From positions 38,743 through 102,742 of IMG/VR virus record IMGVR_UViG_3300032038_000035: 64,000 bases of DNA. The stretch is one strand, 5' to 3'. Source of the DNA: a virus (Duplodnaviria > Caudoviricetes). Positions 9,473-19,813 of the stretch are shown in pieces; positions within the stretch are counted from its first letter, which is position 1, and each line of letters starts with the position of its first letter. A program made the position numbers and the translations under genes. The notes beneath the pieces are model-generated. The model was given only the letters and a program-made list of their open reading frames with translations. It was not told the origin of the DNA and made no database searches.

Positions 9473-12400
9473 TCATATACTAATATTTTCGCTAGAGTTA
9501 TATAGCTCTCCAAAATATTGCCACCATTTTGCTTTATCATTAGCATATAGCCAATCTCGATATTCATCATCTGATTCGAATACCACAGGAATTCGATTAT
9601 TATTCTCATCCAATTTATAAGGATAAATCTTGTTGCCATGTTCATCCGTTGTATATGGTTGAGTTAAATCAAATTCATATACTACACGTTTTACTAATTG
9701 TAATGTATCGGTATGGGCTACCTTATCGATACTATATGCTTCATTATATGATATTTCAGGCATACGTATGATATTATTAGTTTCGTATTTTCTAATCTTA
9801 TCTATTGCAGATATATCACTATCTGATGCATTATATGGTTTTTGTGCATCAGGATGTAAACTAGGTATATTCCAATTACCGGAGCGTCCTATATATCTTA
9901 TAGAAGCATTATGCTTCATATAATCATATAGATGGTAATTAAGATCCGATGCTTCCACTTGAGAATGTGTATGTGATACTATCTGATCCATCATATAATT
10001 AGCCGAGAATAGATTTTTGTATTTACCAATAGCTAACAGTGCATCCGAGAATGTAAGTTTAATAGACTTATCTATATTAAGTCTAGTAGTGATCTCATGC
10101 ATTGCAGCAACATCAGTCATTCTCCATTGATCCGGAGTAACTTTGGTTTCTGTATTAAGCTTAGTCAATTCAGACATATATTTCATTAAGTTATCAGTTT
10201 TATCATCAACTCTAAACTCTAATGCATAATGCAATAAATCGACTTTAGCTGACTTAAAGAAGTATATCATCTTCCAGATGTATGACAATATCTTCTTCAT
10301 ATTAAATCCACCATATGCATGCAGATATAATAGGTCATCACTTATCTTATCAAGATACGATAATGAGTACTCAAGCTCAGTTATACGTTGCTTTTCTGTC
10401 ATATTATCTATTCTAAGAGTAAGCATTGGGTTGATAGAGTCTAAGAGATCTTTATAAGATTCAGCAACAGTATCGCTTCCCTTTAGTTTATATACATCCT
10501 GTGCATATTTAGTAGTCATTAGCATCTTATTGAGTCTACGCATAGCATGAAATGCTTTAGGATTCTTAATACCCCAAGTAAGCTTGGTAAACTCATTATG
10601 TAATTCTACTATTGCATTATATGAAGATTGAAGTTTACTCCAATCCTTATCAACACCTCTGCCAATTCCTATAGAAATTTCATAATCATTGATATCAGAT
10701 ATATTTCTATCTGCATCTATTATATCTCTTATATGATTCTTGATGTAATCAAATACATTAATAGGCTTATGTGTTATCGGGTCAAGTACTTGCGTCATAG
10801 TATCATTCATATATGAGTATGCAACATTAGCTCTATTATTCTGATAACCTTCTTGTGTACTTGAATGCCTATAAGAAAATTCAGACATATATCGAGCATT
10901 GTCATATAAGAAGAAATCATCTATCGTCTTAGACAATTCGGATGTAGTTTTAGTCTTATCTAAGAAATAATATCTCAGATACAATGCTATCCATCTAATA
11001 TCATCTATGCAAGTATAATAAGCATTATTAGGATCTAATACAATCGGTGTCAGTTCTTCTATCTGATCGGATATGAATAGTCTGAATTCTCTCTTAGTAC
11101 GTAATCCAACTAGAGCATTATACATATTAAGCTCTATTAAGATTTGACCAATCGTAGTTTCTTCAGACCAAATATAATCCTCAGAGAATAGATCAATATC
11201 TTCATCACAATCTATGAACTCAGATATTACTCCTATAAGATAATATAATGAATGAGTATAATTGTATTGATTGTGGTGTACAAGATCTCGTTGCTCTTGC
11301 ATTTCTTCATCTGTGTATGCAGATGGATCTATTTCCTTCTCTGCTTCCATTTCAGCTAAACGCTTAGAAGATGCTTCATATGCAACTCGAGCTTTAACAC
11401 CCTCAGTCATCATATAACACCATTCATCATATGTAACATTTACATTTCTGTATTTTATATCAACGATGTCATTAACTTTATAACTGATCTTCTTATTTAT
11501 AAGAATCTGATGATATCTAACAACAAGTTCATCCGGTGGTTCAACATCATATGTCGAACTTAAGATATCTACTACTTTAGCTTCATCTACACTAATAACA
11601 GTCTGACCAGATCTATGCTCAAGTCTTACAGTATTACCGGGTAATACATTTGATACATCGCCAAGTACATAAATGATATCTGTATCATCTCTGTCAAATG
11701 CAATGTATTCTGTAAGGCTTTCATTCATATCAATAACATCTTGTGGATATGTATTAAATCTGCGTATTATAGTTACTATAAACGGATTTATTAATTCGTA
11801 ATTAGTAACGAACTCAGCATATACTTGATTTCTAAATATTTTATCTTCTGTATCTTTAGATGTATCTATTTCTTTTACACTAGGAATACGACCTCTCATA
11901 TCTCTGAGAAGAGGTCCATTACCATCAAGATAATCATGATTAGAGTAACATGCAGTATTATGGCAATACTCAAATTGATTAGTCAAATCTTCTCTAGGTA
12001 CACCACAGAAACTGCATACACTATCGGAATAATATACTTTTACGAATCTGAAATCTAAGAGATTCTTCATCTTAGCTTCTTCATCAGTATAGCTTTCTAA
12101 TAAATGCTTAATACCATTGAATGCTATAGCCAATTTGGTTCTTATTCTCTCAGCCTCACTAGCCTCTGGGAAATTACCCATAGTTATAGGCTTTAAATAA
12201 CCTATAGAGATATATTCCAGCACGTACTGATAGAATCCTGTGAAATCATCATTATTGACATCAAGTTTATTCAATTCTGCTTCTTTCTCAGTATTATACA
12301 GTACTACTGAATTTGCATTTGCTGGTGTATATCCTTCATAGCTAACTGGCTTAAAATAGTATGAGCCGTCAGTTTCTTTTACTATAATTCCGGGTTTATA

Positions 12401-14332
12401 GTTATAGATAAATTGCCTAGATAAATAACCATATACCACAGTTAAATCTTCGATGAAATTGAATCCGTATATATTAGATAATTTAATTGGATCCGTTAAT
12501 GGTTTTAAACTACCACCTTTGGATAATCCAAATTCTTTACCTACAATATACATGATATATAGCACAAGAGTGTATACATCAATTTCTATACCGAGATTAC
12601 CATGATATACAGTGAGTTGATTTGTACCATTGTTACCACTGGTCTTATTATCCAGTAGCATTCTCATAATATATTCTGTCTCTATAGTAAATCTTGTCAA
12701 ACTAAATGCCATTTCTATTCCGATATATTTCGTTTCTAAGAAATTATATTCAGAATGATATAGCTTGTATAATAAATCATCATCATTCAACCAATATGTA
12801 TCTGGTTCTGTTACTCCATAATAATTCAGATAATTCATAGAGTCTATTATATAAGAATATGGATTTTCTCCTATATCAGCTTTGACTATACGAACATCAT
12901 ACATTTGCTCAGGTACTTCATTACCATTATCATCATAATAGTACATGGGTGTACCATTTCCAGTAAGTTTCTGAGTCTTAAGTATGTAGTATTGATACAT
13001 ATTAAGAGTTGAGTATCCGAATATTGCAAAGATATCTTTAAAGCAAGCATTAGATCCTTTCTTAGACAAGAGGATATTTATTGCTTTAATTATCTTAGTA
13101 TGATATGTAACAGGAATATCATCATAGAAAGGTACAGAATACGCGTTATAAACAACTTCTATTGATTCCAAATCATAGAAGTCGCGTGTGATATCGGTTT
13201 CCAGATATTTAGCCTGCATTCTCTGTAACGCCATAAATAAAATTGATAAGCCAATAAAACCTTCATATTCTTTATACTGATTTCTGAATGCTTCTGTGTA
13301 ATATCTATATTTCATATATAGCCTACACTCTTCATATACTTCTCTGAAGTCTTTGCCAAGTGCAGCTATATCAGCATCTTGTATATACAAAATTTCAAAT
13401 CTATCAGATAATCTAGCTACGAATGGATGAATCTTTGCATATGTTAAATGCTTCAGATATCTATAATGTCTATCATAAGTTACTTTCTCTAAGCAATCTT
13501 TAATAAACGTAGTTGAAAACTCTGCATATATTCTTTCTTTAAGAGGCTGGAGATAGATATATACAAGAGGATTGTATTCCATTCTTATCTGTTTACCATT
13601 AGCGTCTTTAGCATTTGTATAAGATGCTCCATCTTTTGGGTATTCTTCTTTAAGAGTACCTTCTTCATTCTGAGTAGGATAAACCCAGTCAGTAGTAAGA
13701 TCTCTATATATAGGACCACGATTCCATTCTGTATTGACAGGCTTATTAGTATACTTAGGGAATAAAGCTATACCTGAATACATAGATGGCGCAGTATGAG
13801 TTGGATCTATATTATTAGATCCACATTTAGGACAGACACTACCATTAGTATATCCGTGCCATTCATTTTCACATGTATTACAATGAGCTATTGTACCAGC
13901 ATATGCAGGTAAACCATATAGCTCTCTGTAATATGTATTCTTCTCTTCATATTTTTTATGATATCCAACTCTGGATCTATCTACTATAAGTAATCCCGTT
14001 AAAGGATCACGATCATATTCAATTTTAGTGCCATAATAAAACATGTCCCAATAGGGCATATTTGTATTTGCATCAGGAGATGTAAATTCGAGTTCTCTAT
14101 AACTCATGTATTCATCTTCTGACATATTTTCAACGTTTTCCAAATCGGTGCGTTTATATGTCATTAATAAATGCCTCGCACCTGTCAGGTAAGTATCGAC
14201 TTCAACCGCATCGACATATCTATCTTCTGTATCATATTTATCGCCAAGATACTTGTTATGCCAAACTAATGTCGAAACCATTTCTCTAAGGCTGTTTTCA
14301 AACAAACGACCCGAAATTGAAGTCTGTGCCAT
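9473..14332 (-). CDS. large baseplate wedge-like virion protein
   Basis: IKAINILLSKKGSNACFKDIFAIFG resembles the KGT motif of P2 gpI/T4 gp7-like proteins; about 1620 aa; two Zn-ribbon insertions. Confidence 0.6.
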   Translation of the reverse strand: MAQTSISGRLFENSLREMVSTLVWHNKYLGDKYDTEDRYVDAVEVDTYLTGARHLLMTYKRTDLENVENMSEDEYMSYRELEFTSPDANTNMPYWDMFYYGTKIEYDRDPLTGLLIVDRSRVGYHKKYEEKNTYYRELYGLPAYAGTIAHCNTCENEWHGYTNGSVCPKCGSNNIDPTHTAPSMYSGIALFPKYTNKPVNTEWNRGPIYRDLTTDWVYPTQNEEGTLKEEYPKDGASYTNAKDANGKQIRMEYNPLVYIYLQPLKERIYAEFSTTFIKDCLEKVTYDRHYRYLKHLTYAKIHPFVARLSDRFEILYIQDADIAALGKDFREVYEECRLYMKYRYYTEAFRNQYKEYEGFIGLSILFMALQRMQAKYLETDITRDFYDLESIEVVYNAYSVPFYDDIPVTYHTKIIKAINILLSKKGSNACFKDIFAIFGYSTLNMYQYYILKTQKLTGNGTPMYYYDDNGNEVPEQMYDVRIVKADIGENPYSYIIDSMNYLNYYGVTEPDTYWLNDDDLLYKLYHSEYNFLETKYIGIEMAFSLTRFTIETEYIMRMLLDNKTSGNNGTNQLTVYHGNLGIEIDVYTLVLYIMYIVGKEFGLSKGGSLKPLTDPIKLSNIYGFNFIEDLTVVYGYLSRQFIYNYKPGIIVKETDGSYYFKPVSYEGYTPANANSVVLYNTEKEAELNKLDVNNDDFTGFYQYVLEYISIGYLKPITMGNFPEASEAERIRTKLAIAFNGIKHLLESYTDEEAKMKNLLDFRFVKVYYSDSVCSFCGVPREDLTNQFEYCHNTACYSNHDYLDGNGPLLRDMRGRIPSVKEIDTSKDTEDKIFRNQVYAEFVTNYELINPFIVTIIRRFNTYPQDVIDMNESLTEYIAFDRDDTDIIYVLGDVSNVLPGNTVRLEHRSGQTVISVDEAKVVDILSSTYDVEPPDELVVRYHQILINKKISYKVNDIVDIKYRNVNVTYDEWCYMMTEGVKARVAYEASSKRLAEMEAEKEIDPSAYTDEEMQEQRDLVHHNQYNYTHSLYYLIGVISEFIDCDEDIDLFSEDYIWSEETTIGQILIELNMYNALVGLRTKREFRLFISDQIEELTPIVLDPNNAYYTCIDDIRWIALYLRYYFLDKTKTTSELSKTIDDFFLYDNARYMSEFSYRHSSTQEGYQNNRANVAYSYMNDTMTQVLDPITHKPINVFDYIKNHIRDIIDADRNISDINDYEISIGIGRGVDKDWSKLQSSYNAIVELHNEFTKLTWGIKNPKAFHAMRRLNKMLMTTKYAQDVYKLKGSDTVAESYKDLLDSINPMLTLRIDNMTEKQRITELEYSLSYLDKISDDLLYLHAYGGFNMKKILSYIWKMIYFFKSAKVDLLHYALEFRVDDKTDNLMKYMSELTKLNTETKVTPDQWRMTDVAAMHEITTRLNIDKSIKLTFSDALLAIGKYKNLFSANYMMDQIVSHTHSQVEASDLNYHLYDYMKHNASIRYIGRSGNWNIPSLHPDAQKPYNASDSDISAIDKIRKYETNNIIRMPEISYNEAYSIDKVAHTDTLQLVKRVVYEFDLTQPYTTDEHGNKIYPYKLDENNNRIPVVFESDDEYRDWLYANDKAKWWQYFGELYNSSENISI

Positions 14333-14441
14333 GTCTCTATCACCTCGATTTTGCAAGGTATTTTACTAAATTTGTCCTGCCTTTATGATTTTTAAAACTG
14401 GACATTTGATTAAAAATAATATCCGAAAGCGAGGCTTTATT

Positions 14442-15530
14442 ATGCGCGATGCTATGGGTTTAATAGGCGTTTACAACGCCTCTAACTTAAGATCAGATAT
14501 ATCATCGGTATATATGATTTCAGATTCAAGTACATCCTCATTATTCGTGTTTGTATTATTTCCCGGTGCTTTCCATGATGTATATGAGATTGCATCTCTC
14601 ACGATGTATCAAAACATTTTCATTATTCCTATCTCAATTTATCCTGAATATATCTCCGATCTGTATAGATTAGTATTAGAGTTAACTAAGATCAAATCAG
14701 TAGTAAAAGTCATGTCTCCTGACATGCTTCTTCCTTCTGTTAAGAATAAGCTCAACTCTATGTTTTTAAATTCCCTCGTTAAGGGAACTGCTAAATCTAC
14801 ATACGTATATTCGGATAATGGATTTATTGCATTTGACTGGAATGATGGTGATGGTGTTGCACCTTCCGGAAATACATGGCCCGATAACTTCCATGATATC
14901 TATTGTACCTTTGGCGATAAGAGAATTCTTCTCACTGTTAGCAAAGTAGATATTCCTAGAATAAAGGCTCTTCTCAGACAAGATCTTGTGGACTATGTAT
15001 ATATTCCATGGCAAAACCCTTCATATATGAGTACGATGTTTGCAACATTCGTAGATGTATATGAAGCGGTAGACAAAATGGATAAAGAATACCATACTGA
15101 GTATATCAATAAACTCGTAATATATGGTTTCCCGAATGATGCAGCAATACAGCTTGCTAGTGAAGTATATGGCAATAACTTCCCGATCAATGCACGTCAA
15201 TTATTCTTAAGTGATGCACCTACTACAGATGAGTGGTTAGAATGCATTACATTTGGCGAAGCAGTTAAGGTTGCTACAGAAGATTGGCATCTTACTCCCG
15301 TACACTGCTGCTGCAATACAAATCGATATCATCCTGTATGGCCTAGGCCTTACAATCCAATGATGTATGCACCTCCGATTCATCATCCAATGCCTTGCAG
15401 ACATTACGATAGAGATAAACACACTATCGAATGCCCTGTATGTGGACAATATGTTTGGGTAAAAGAAATAACGGTTTCTACTATTGAAGGTGCTACAATG
15501 ACCGTAACCGATAACGAACCAGAAGATTAA
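14442..15530 (+). CDS. degenerate metallo-beta-lactamase-fold (RNase Z/Apyc1-like) protein with Cys/His/Pro-rich tail
   Basis: Motif order follows MBL hydrolases but the HxHxDH position reads ISIYPEYIS; late-type GACA-TTTGAT-TA at 14401. Confidence 0.45.
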   Translation: MRDAMGLIGVYNASNLRSDISSVYMISDSSTSSLFVFVLFPGAFHDVYEIASLTMYQNIFIIPISIYPEYISDLYRLVLELTKIKSVVKVMSPDMLLPSVKNKLNSMFLNSLVKGTAKSTYVYSDNGFIAFDWNDGDGVAPSGNTWPDNFHDIYCTFGDKRILLTVSKVDIPRIKALLRQDLVDYVYIPWQNPSYMSTMFATFVDVYEAVDKMDKEYHTEYINKLVIYGFPNDAAIQLASEVYGNNFPINARQLFLSDAPTTDEWLECITFGEAVKVATEDWHLTPVHCCCNTNRYHPVWPRPYNPMMYAPPIHHPMPCRHYDRDKHTIECPVCGQYVWVKEITVSTIEGATMTVTDNEPED

Positions 15531-15552
15531 TTCGTAAAGGTGGTTGAGTATT

Positions 15553-15873
15553 ATGGGCGACTGGAGTCCTTATAATATTAACGAAAAGATTGATTCTACT
15601 AAAAGATCACTCAATGATGCGATCGCACTTAGAACGCGATACAATAACGATATATCAACATTAAATTTACAATTGAAGAATGTCATGAATAATGATTATA
15701 GTCCTGAAAGGATTCCTCGTATAAATAATATAAAATCATCTATAAGTAATCTTGAGTTTGCTTTAAGAGGTATATGCTCTAATGTAAGAGCAATGGAATT
15801 AAGATTAAAGCGACTGGAGGATGAAAAGCGTGACTCCTGTTATTACAATGAAACCGGGAACTGCAATACGTAG
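15553..15873 (+). CDS. coiled-coil hypothetical protein
   Basis: Heptad pattern; AAGGTGG upstream. Confidence 0.55.
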   Translation: MGDWSPYNINEKIDSTKRSLNDAIALRTRYNNDISTLNLQLKNVMNNDYSPERIPRINNIKSSISNLEFALRGICSNVRAMELRLKRLEDEKRDSCYYNETGNCNT

Positions 15874-16597
15874 TAAGAAGACTATAAATATCTCTGTAGA
15901 TGAAAAGCCTCAGAGAGTTGTACATCTTATTACAAATAACAGGTCCAGAGATAAGTTTATCAAACAGATTGAAAAGCTTATCAGAGGATCTGAAGAATAT
16001 AAAGAATATATCAAATTCTTAAAGACTAAAATGCACATGGATAGATGCTATATCAATCCAACTATAATGAGTGCTAATGGAAAGAAATATTCTATAGAGC
16101 TCCATCATGAGCCATTTACTCTATACGACTTAGTTGATATAGAGATAATGCGTAGAGAAAGTGAAGATGACAGTCTTGACAAATTCGCTATAGCAGAAAC
16201 AGTAATGTCTCTGCATTATGATGGATTAGTTGGATTGATTCCTCTTAGTAAGACACAGCATGAACTAGTGCATTCTAGTAAGGTATTTATTCCATTACAG
16301 CATATATATCAAGATTTCTATAAATACTATGAGATATATGCCGACATAATTGAATCCGAAGAATGCTCGCATATAAAACAAAAAATAGATACTAAGATAG
16401 CTCTTAGTTTAAAATGCGATAATATACAATCTGATGTCAATACACCTGAGTTTGTATATATAGACGTTGATGGATTCTGTGTACCTCAAGTTCCTGAGGA
16501 ATGGAAAAATATCGTTATGCAGACTAGAGAAGATCTAGCTGAAGCTGAAAAGCAACAAGAAAAAGAAGCAAAGAAATTAGAAAAGACGAAAAAATAA
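15821..16597 (+). CDS. HNH-like protein (paralog A)
   Basis: IELHHEPFTLYD and LSKTQHELVH motifs. Confidence 0.55.
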   Translation: MKSVTPVITMKPGTAIRSKKTINISVDEKPQRVVHLITNNRSRDKFIKQIEKLIRGSEEYKEYIKFLKTKMHMDRCYINPTIMSANGKKYSIELHHEPFTLYDLVDIEIMRRESEDDSLDKFAIAETVMSLHYDGLVGLIPLSKTQHELVHSSKVFIPLQHIYQDFYKYYEIYADIIESEECSHIKQKIDTKIALSLKCDNIQSDVNTPEFVYIDVDGFCVPQVPEEWKNIVMQTREDLAEAEKQQEKEAKKLEKTKK

Positions 16598-16622
16598 ATT
16601 AAATCATACAGGATGATTTTAC

Positions 16623-16775
16623 TCATCCTGTATGATCTATATTTTTGTATTCTTCATATGAATGTTTCATATCCGCAATAGCATCGTAAAGAAAGTCGAT
16701 TAATAAATGCATAAAGTGACGCATTGATATGATAAATATTGCTACCAATATTATACCTATTATAGTATCAATCAT
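16623..16775 (-). CDS. small membrane protein, 50 aa (not in ORF track)
   Basis: GAGGA RBS, MIDTIIGIILVAIFIISM. Confidence 0.5.
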   Translation of the reverse strand: MIDTIIGIILVAIFIISMRHFMHLLIDFLYDAIADMKHSYEEYKNIDHTG

Positions 16776-16785
16776 GGCTATTTCC

Positions 16786-17421
16786 TCATAATGTTACAAG
16801 TTTCTTTACCTTCTCTGTATCAAAGATATTATTGTCAAAAGAATCGGTAGATTCGCATAGATCCAAGTATTTCCATATACGATATTTCTGGTTGTCACTT
16901 AGATACTTATTATATTTCTCTATGAAGCCAGATACATCTCCGAAACCTTGTTTTATATTCAAGAAGATATCTCTATTATGTACAGCTTCATGGTTAGTCA
17001 CAGCAAGCATTACTACTTGTACATGTAAATCATAATGCTCTTGTATAAGCTGATTTGTAATCCTGTATGTAGTTATCTTCTTACCGGTTTCTATAAACTC
17101 TTCTAGTATAATAGATGCATAATCGTATAATGTAAATAGAGGACCATGGTGCATTTCAATTGTAGCATCTGTACTAAATATCTGTGATGATACCTGACAG
17201 AAATCTATACCAATTATATTGGTTACATACTTTACAAAGCCTGCATAGTCTTCATCGGATCTACACATCTTCTCACATGATTTTACAAATTTATTACGAT
17301 TATCTGCCATGACGAAAAAGTCTATCGGTTTATATAAAACTATATTATCAAATGCGTCATCTTCAGCTTGAATCTCTTTCTCGTAATTTCCGATGTATTT
17401 TATATTAGGAATTCCTATCAT
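16786..17421 (-). CDS. HNH-like protein (paralog B)
   Basis: IEMHHGPLFTLYD and LAVTNHEAVH motifs; similar to 15821-16597. Confidence 0.55.
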   Translation of the reverse strand: MIGIPNIKYIGNYEKEIQAEDDAFDNIVLYKPIDFFVMADNRNKFVKSCEKMCRSDEDYAGFVKYVTNIIGIDFCQVSSQIFSTDATIEMHHGPLFTLYDYASIILEEFIETGKKITTYRITNQLIQEHYDLHVQVVMLAVTNHEAVHNRDIFLNIKQGFGDVSGFIEKYNKYLSDNQKYRIWKYLDLCESTDSFDNNIFDTEKVKKLVTL

Positions 17422-17544
17422 ACTTAAACACCTTCTTTTAAATGGTTGTCGGATTTACGGAAAAATCTTACGGCAAATGATGGTTAATTTGCCGTAAGTA
17501 TATGAAATAATAACCGTTCCCGTAGGCTGGTTATTATATTGCCA

Positions 17545-18039
17545 TTACATTGTTTTCTGTATCTTAATAATACCATTTACAACTTCGTTATAGAAATTAG
17601 TCATATTTGGCATAGGAGCTATAGACTTTGGTACATATCTCTTTATAGCTGCAGTATCAGCAACCTTGTTTATAGGAACTTCATCTAAATTATCATCCAG
17701 ATAAACTTCTTCAAACTGAACTGTGTTCATAGGATATACTGCTGCTATAGAATATGTTTTGGGATCGTTTAATACAGCAGCCTTAATAACTAATATGTTA
17801 TACAAAGGATATACTGTATAAATGCCATTATTATAATCTGCTATAAGATCTCCGGTATGGGAGAACGGTATATAGAGTTTAAAATCTCTTACAAAGGTTT
17901 TTGTATACAAACCCGAAGAATTGAATATAAGTGCATTGTTTTCGTACTTATAGTCATTTACAAATACATCAGGCTTTAGCTTTATATTACTAGGTTGACC
18001 CGATAATATCTGGTATAGTGTCTTGGTAGATTCTATCAT
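17545..18039 (-). CDS. hypothetical protein
   Basis: GGAGG RBS. Confidence 0.65.
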   Translation of the reverse strand: MIESTKTLYQILSGQPSNIKLKPDVFVNDYKYENNALIFNSSGLYTKTFVRDFKLYIPFSHTGDLIADYNNGIYTVYPLYNILVIKAAVLNDPKTYSIAAVYPMNTVQFEEVYLDDNLDEVPINKVADTAAIKRYVPKSIAPMPNMTNFYNEVVNGIIKIQKTM

Positions 18040-18524
18040 GATATAGCCTCCAATATAAAAAAATTATTAAATACTATTGCTGCAAGTATAGCCCACACTA
18101 CAGCTATTATAGCCATTACAATAAATATCTTTTCCAAAATATGAATTACATATATGGCATTTTGTAATTTACCTTTCATACAAGATAATTCTCTTGTAGA
18201 GTAATATACGTCCGATATATTCACATCGTATATATCATAGTCTTGTCCAAATGCTATTTTCCCAACTTGTTTTAGATTACATTCTTTATGTAGCTTCCTA
18301 AGTGTATTATTCATATATAGATTTATGAATATCAATGTAGCTACAAGAAGTGGAATATTAGCTAATACAGACAAACAGAATATAGTAGCACATATATTAA
18401 ATATAATTAATGATTGTACATGAAGTCTCGTATATTCCATTAGTAGTTTTCTTACATTTTCAAACTCTTGCTCTAATATAATAACCATAGAGTTGTTTGT
18501 GTTTAATGATGATACTCCAGACAT
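18036..18524 (-). CDS. membrane protein
   Basis: Hydrophobic hairpin plus C-terminal TM; start revised to MSGVS. Confidence 0.6.
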   Translation of the reverse strand: MSGVSSLNTNNSMVIILEQEFENVRKLLMEYTRLHVQSLIIFNICATIFCLSVLANIPLLVATLIFINLYMNNTLRKLHKECNLKQVGKIAFGQDYDIYDVNISDVYYSTRELSCMKGKLQNAIYVIHILEKIFIVMAIIAVVWAILAAIVFNNFFILEAIS

Positions 18525-18605
18525 TTTATCACATCCTTTGTTAATATTCTGTATAGAGTACATCAAAAAAATATCATGATACACATATGTGTATCATGAT
18601 TTATC

Positions 18606-19802
18606 TCACCATGGTAAGATATAACCTTCAATATCCTTTATGAAACTACCATATATATCTAAGCGATATATATCAGATTCATTCATGAATACGAAGTCCT
18701 TGACATAATGTCCACCATAATTACCCTCAATATATACGTATCCCTTATCGTCGAATGAACCAGATGGCGCATAAGGAGTTAGTTTGAAATTGTATGAAAA
18801 ATATGGTACTGTTGATTCTCCAAACGGAATCAAACCATAGTCAATCGATGGATATAATCCATTAGTGTTAATCATAGATAATAGCTTATGAGTTACCCTT
18901 AGAATAGATACAGCCATCTTGGTATAAATCGTAAAATCAATGAGACTTAGAGCATTTCTGGTGCTTGTTCTCTTGGGTATAAAGCCAGATGTATCTGATG
19001 GATCTGTCCAATCATCATTCTTAAACACATTACCATATCCATATTCTACAACACCACTTTCAAAGAACGGAGTTGCATCTTTTATCATGATCCATTCCTC
19101 TTTTGATATGAATGTGTGAATTGGAATATCTTGCATCAATGATTTTGATATTATGGCATCTTTACATGCATCCAGAGTTATGTTTACTTCAGATGTATGC
19201 TTAACGACTTTTGCACGTTTATCATCATATATAACTAATGAGAACTTAGATATCAGTTTAGATAGATCCATGTCATATATAATACATAAATCACTTATAA
19301 CATGATCTAATCCATATATGGATTTAGGCTTAGCTCCATCTATAGAATATGATGATATATTGTATGCATACAATGGACCGGTTGGATTTAATTGAGAATG
19401 CTCATTTATCTTCGTTTCTATGTTGAATACGACATTGAAAATGATCAATTCTTCAAGATTAAATAAGAACGTGAATAATGAGTGTGGGGTATCTATATTA
19501 ACACTCATATCTTGAGAATGTATCACATTATTACCTGAATATCCAACACTTCTGAGCAATTCCAATTTGTATTTTACATGAATTTTTTGGAAAATCTTAG
19601 GCAATACTTCTCTTGGTAATATGAAGTATAAATTCTCAAATGCAGATACAGGAATTGCGACATATCTTATCTCAGTATCAGATACATACTTATGATAATT
19701 ACTATTGAATTTCTCTATAGTAATATACTTCGCTTTTAGTTCGTAATCTGATTCACCTTTTAGTAAAGCCAGATTAGCTTCAGGCTTAAATTTGTCTTTC
19801 AT
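18606..19802 (-). CDS. hypothetical protein (probable tandem paralog of 19814-20998)
   Basis: 398 aa, AGGAGG RBS, shared motifs. Confidence 0.7.
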   Translation of the reverse strand: MKDKFKPEANLALLKGESDYELKAKYITIEKFNSNYHKYVSDTEIRYVAIPVSAFENLYFILPREVLPKIFQKIHVKYKLELLRSVGYSGNNVIHSQDMSVNIDTPHSLFTFLFNLEELIIFNVVFNIETKINEHSQLNPTGPLYAYNISSYSIDGAKPKSIYGLDHVISDLCIIYDMDLSKLISKFSLVIYDDKRAKVVKHTSEVNITLDACKDAIISKSLMQDIPIHTFISKEEWIMIKDATPFFESGVVEYGYGNVFKNDDWTDPSDTSGFIPKRTSTRNALSLIDFTIYTKMAVSILRVTHKLLSMINTNGLYPSIDYGLIPFGESTVPYFSYNFKLTPYAPSGSFDDKGYVYIEGNYGGHYVKDFVFMNESDIYRLDIYGSFIKDIEGYILPW

Positions 19803-19813
19803 GCTATATCCTC

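Noticed and set aside
9460-9645. N-terminal extension of the 385-aa ORF
   Set aside because: Overlaps the baseplate gene; the strong RBS supports a start at 9459.
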